Below are positions 31,967-32,723 of a stretch of DNA of 32,723 nt, piece by piece. The position numbers and the translations under genes are program-made. How positions within the stretch are numbered: position 1 is the stretch's first letter; the number at the start of each line of letters is the position of its first letter. Below the pieces are notes generated by a model, which worked only from the letters and a program-made list of their open reading frames with translations, was not told the origin of the DNA and did no database searches. This stretch comes from Malassezia furfur (Eukaryota), in NCBI GenBank assembly GCA_052055015.1, contig JBQJIT010000083.1, one strand, 5' to 3'.

Positions 31967-32723
31967 ATGAAGTTCATCAGTACCTCTCGGGTTGCGCTGG
32001 CCATCTATCTGGCGAACCTCGCTGCTGGTGTGGTTGCGCTGCCCACCAACTTTCCTCGTGAGGAATCCCACGCTCTTTCTGTGCGCGACCTGCGCGCTTC
32101 TAACGATGCCATCACCTCAAGCTCCATTTACGCTCGCTCTGCCAACAAACAGGAGGTTGCAGCTGCGCAGTTAAGCGCGGACTGTGACGAACCGGGAGAC
32201 CATCCTGACGACCCCGAGCCTCCGGAAGGTGGAGGCGGCAAGGGTGGCAAGGGTGGTAAAGGCGGCAAAGGCGGTGATGGAGGAGATGGCGGAGCTGGCG
32301 GCAACGGAGGCGACGGGGGTTCCGGCGGCTCTGGCGGTTCCGGAGGCGACGGCGGCAACGGAGGCGACGGCGGCTCTGGTGGCTCTGGCGGCAACGGAGG
32401 CAACGGAGGCTCCGGCGGTGACGAAGGCGACGGGGGTTCTGGCGGCTCCGGAGGCGACGGTGGCTCTGGCGGAAACGGCGGCTCTGGTGGCAACGGGGGC
32501 GATGGTGGCTCCGGTGGCAGCGGAGGCGATGGGGGTTCCGGCGGTCGTGGTCACAAGGGCGGCCACAAGGGGCACGGTCATCACGGCGGCAAGGGCGGCA
32601 AAGGTGGTGACGGTGGAAACGGTGGAAACGGAGGCAACGGAGGCAACGGAGGCAACGGAGGCTCTGGAGGCTCTGGAGGCTCTGGTGGCTCCGGCGGCAA
32701 CGGGGGCAACGGGGGCAACGGGG
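31967..32723 (+). CDS. Secreted glycine-rich (GGX)n repeat protein, runs off the window
   Basis: Read manually; absent from the ORF track. MKFISTSRVALAIYLANLAAGVVA-LPT resembles a signal peptide, followed by an acidic/Pro linker and then GGK/GGD/GGN/GGS triplets. TATAAG lies near 31863. Confidence 0.8.
   Translation, partial: MKFISTSRVALAIYLANLAAGVVALPTNFPREESHALSVRDLRASNDAITSSSIYARSANKQEVAAAQLSADCDEPGDHPDDPEPPEGGGGKGGKGGKGGKGGDGGDGGAGGNGGDGGSGGSGGSGGDGGNGGDGGSGGSGGNGGNGGSGGDEGDGGSGGSGGDGGSGGNGGSGGNGGDGGSGGSGGDGGSGGRGHKGGHKGHGHHGGKGGKGGDGGNGGNGGNGGNGGNGGSGGSGGSGGSGGNGGNGGNG
32228..32723 (+). repeat. Coding 9-nt-period tandem repeat (GGN GGN NNN)
   Basis: Units such as ggaggcaac, ggcggctct and ggaggcgac repeat to the window edge. 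Confidence 0.9.

Noticed and set aside
32128..32493. Proline-rich 121-aa minus-strand ORF
   Set aside because: Reverse complement of the GGX repeat; the plus strand has the ATG, signal peptide and upstream TATA.
32228..32723. Repeat as a CRISPR array, telomere or mycobacterial PE_PGRS contamination
   Set aside because: There is no repeat-spacer structure or telomere unit and no PE domain; it is in frame with a eukaryotic-type signal peptide in fungal context.

Overview
Gene-dense eukaryotic (fungal) DNA with about 22 protein-coding genes. The gene set, GC-rich codon usage, intergenic gaps of tens of bases and tiny GT-AG introns point to a Malassezia-like basidiomycete yeast (inference). In order: gamma-COP (partial), CYS-3/MetR-type bZIP, glyoxalase-like protein, STL1-like sugar/polyol porter, siderophore-iron MFS transporter, Ind1, glucosylceramide synthase, FGGY kinase, SFA1, alpha-arrestin, Nas2, a membrane protein, Utp11, Vba-like MFS, casein kinase I, a lone voltage-sensor-like protein, Pho13, Dcd1, Ctr copper transporter, PXA-domain protein, Gal7 and a secreted (GGX)n protein (partial). 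I reconstructed 27 introns by hand; 23 are only 21-28 nt. Best findings: a predicted one-nucleotide exon in casein kinase I, two convergent gene pairs with interlocked stop codons, an Ind1 lacking its CxxC motif, a glyoxalase with altered active-site ligands, and a secreted PGRS-like glycine-repeat protein. No RNA genes, transposons or CRISPR arrays were seen.
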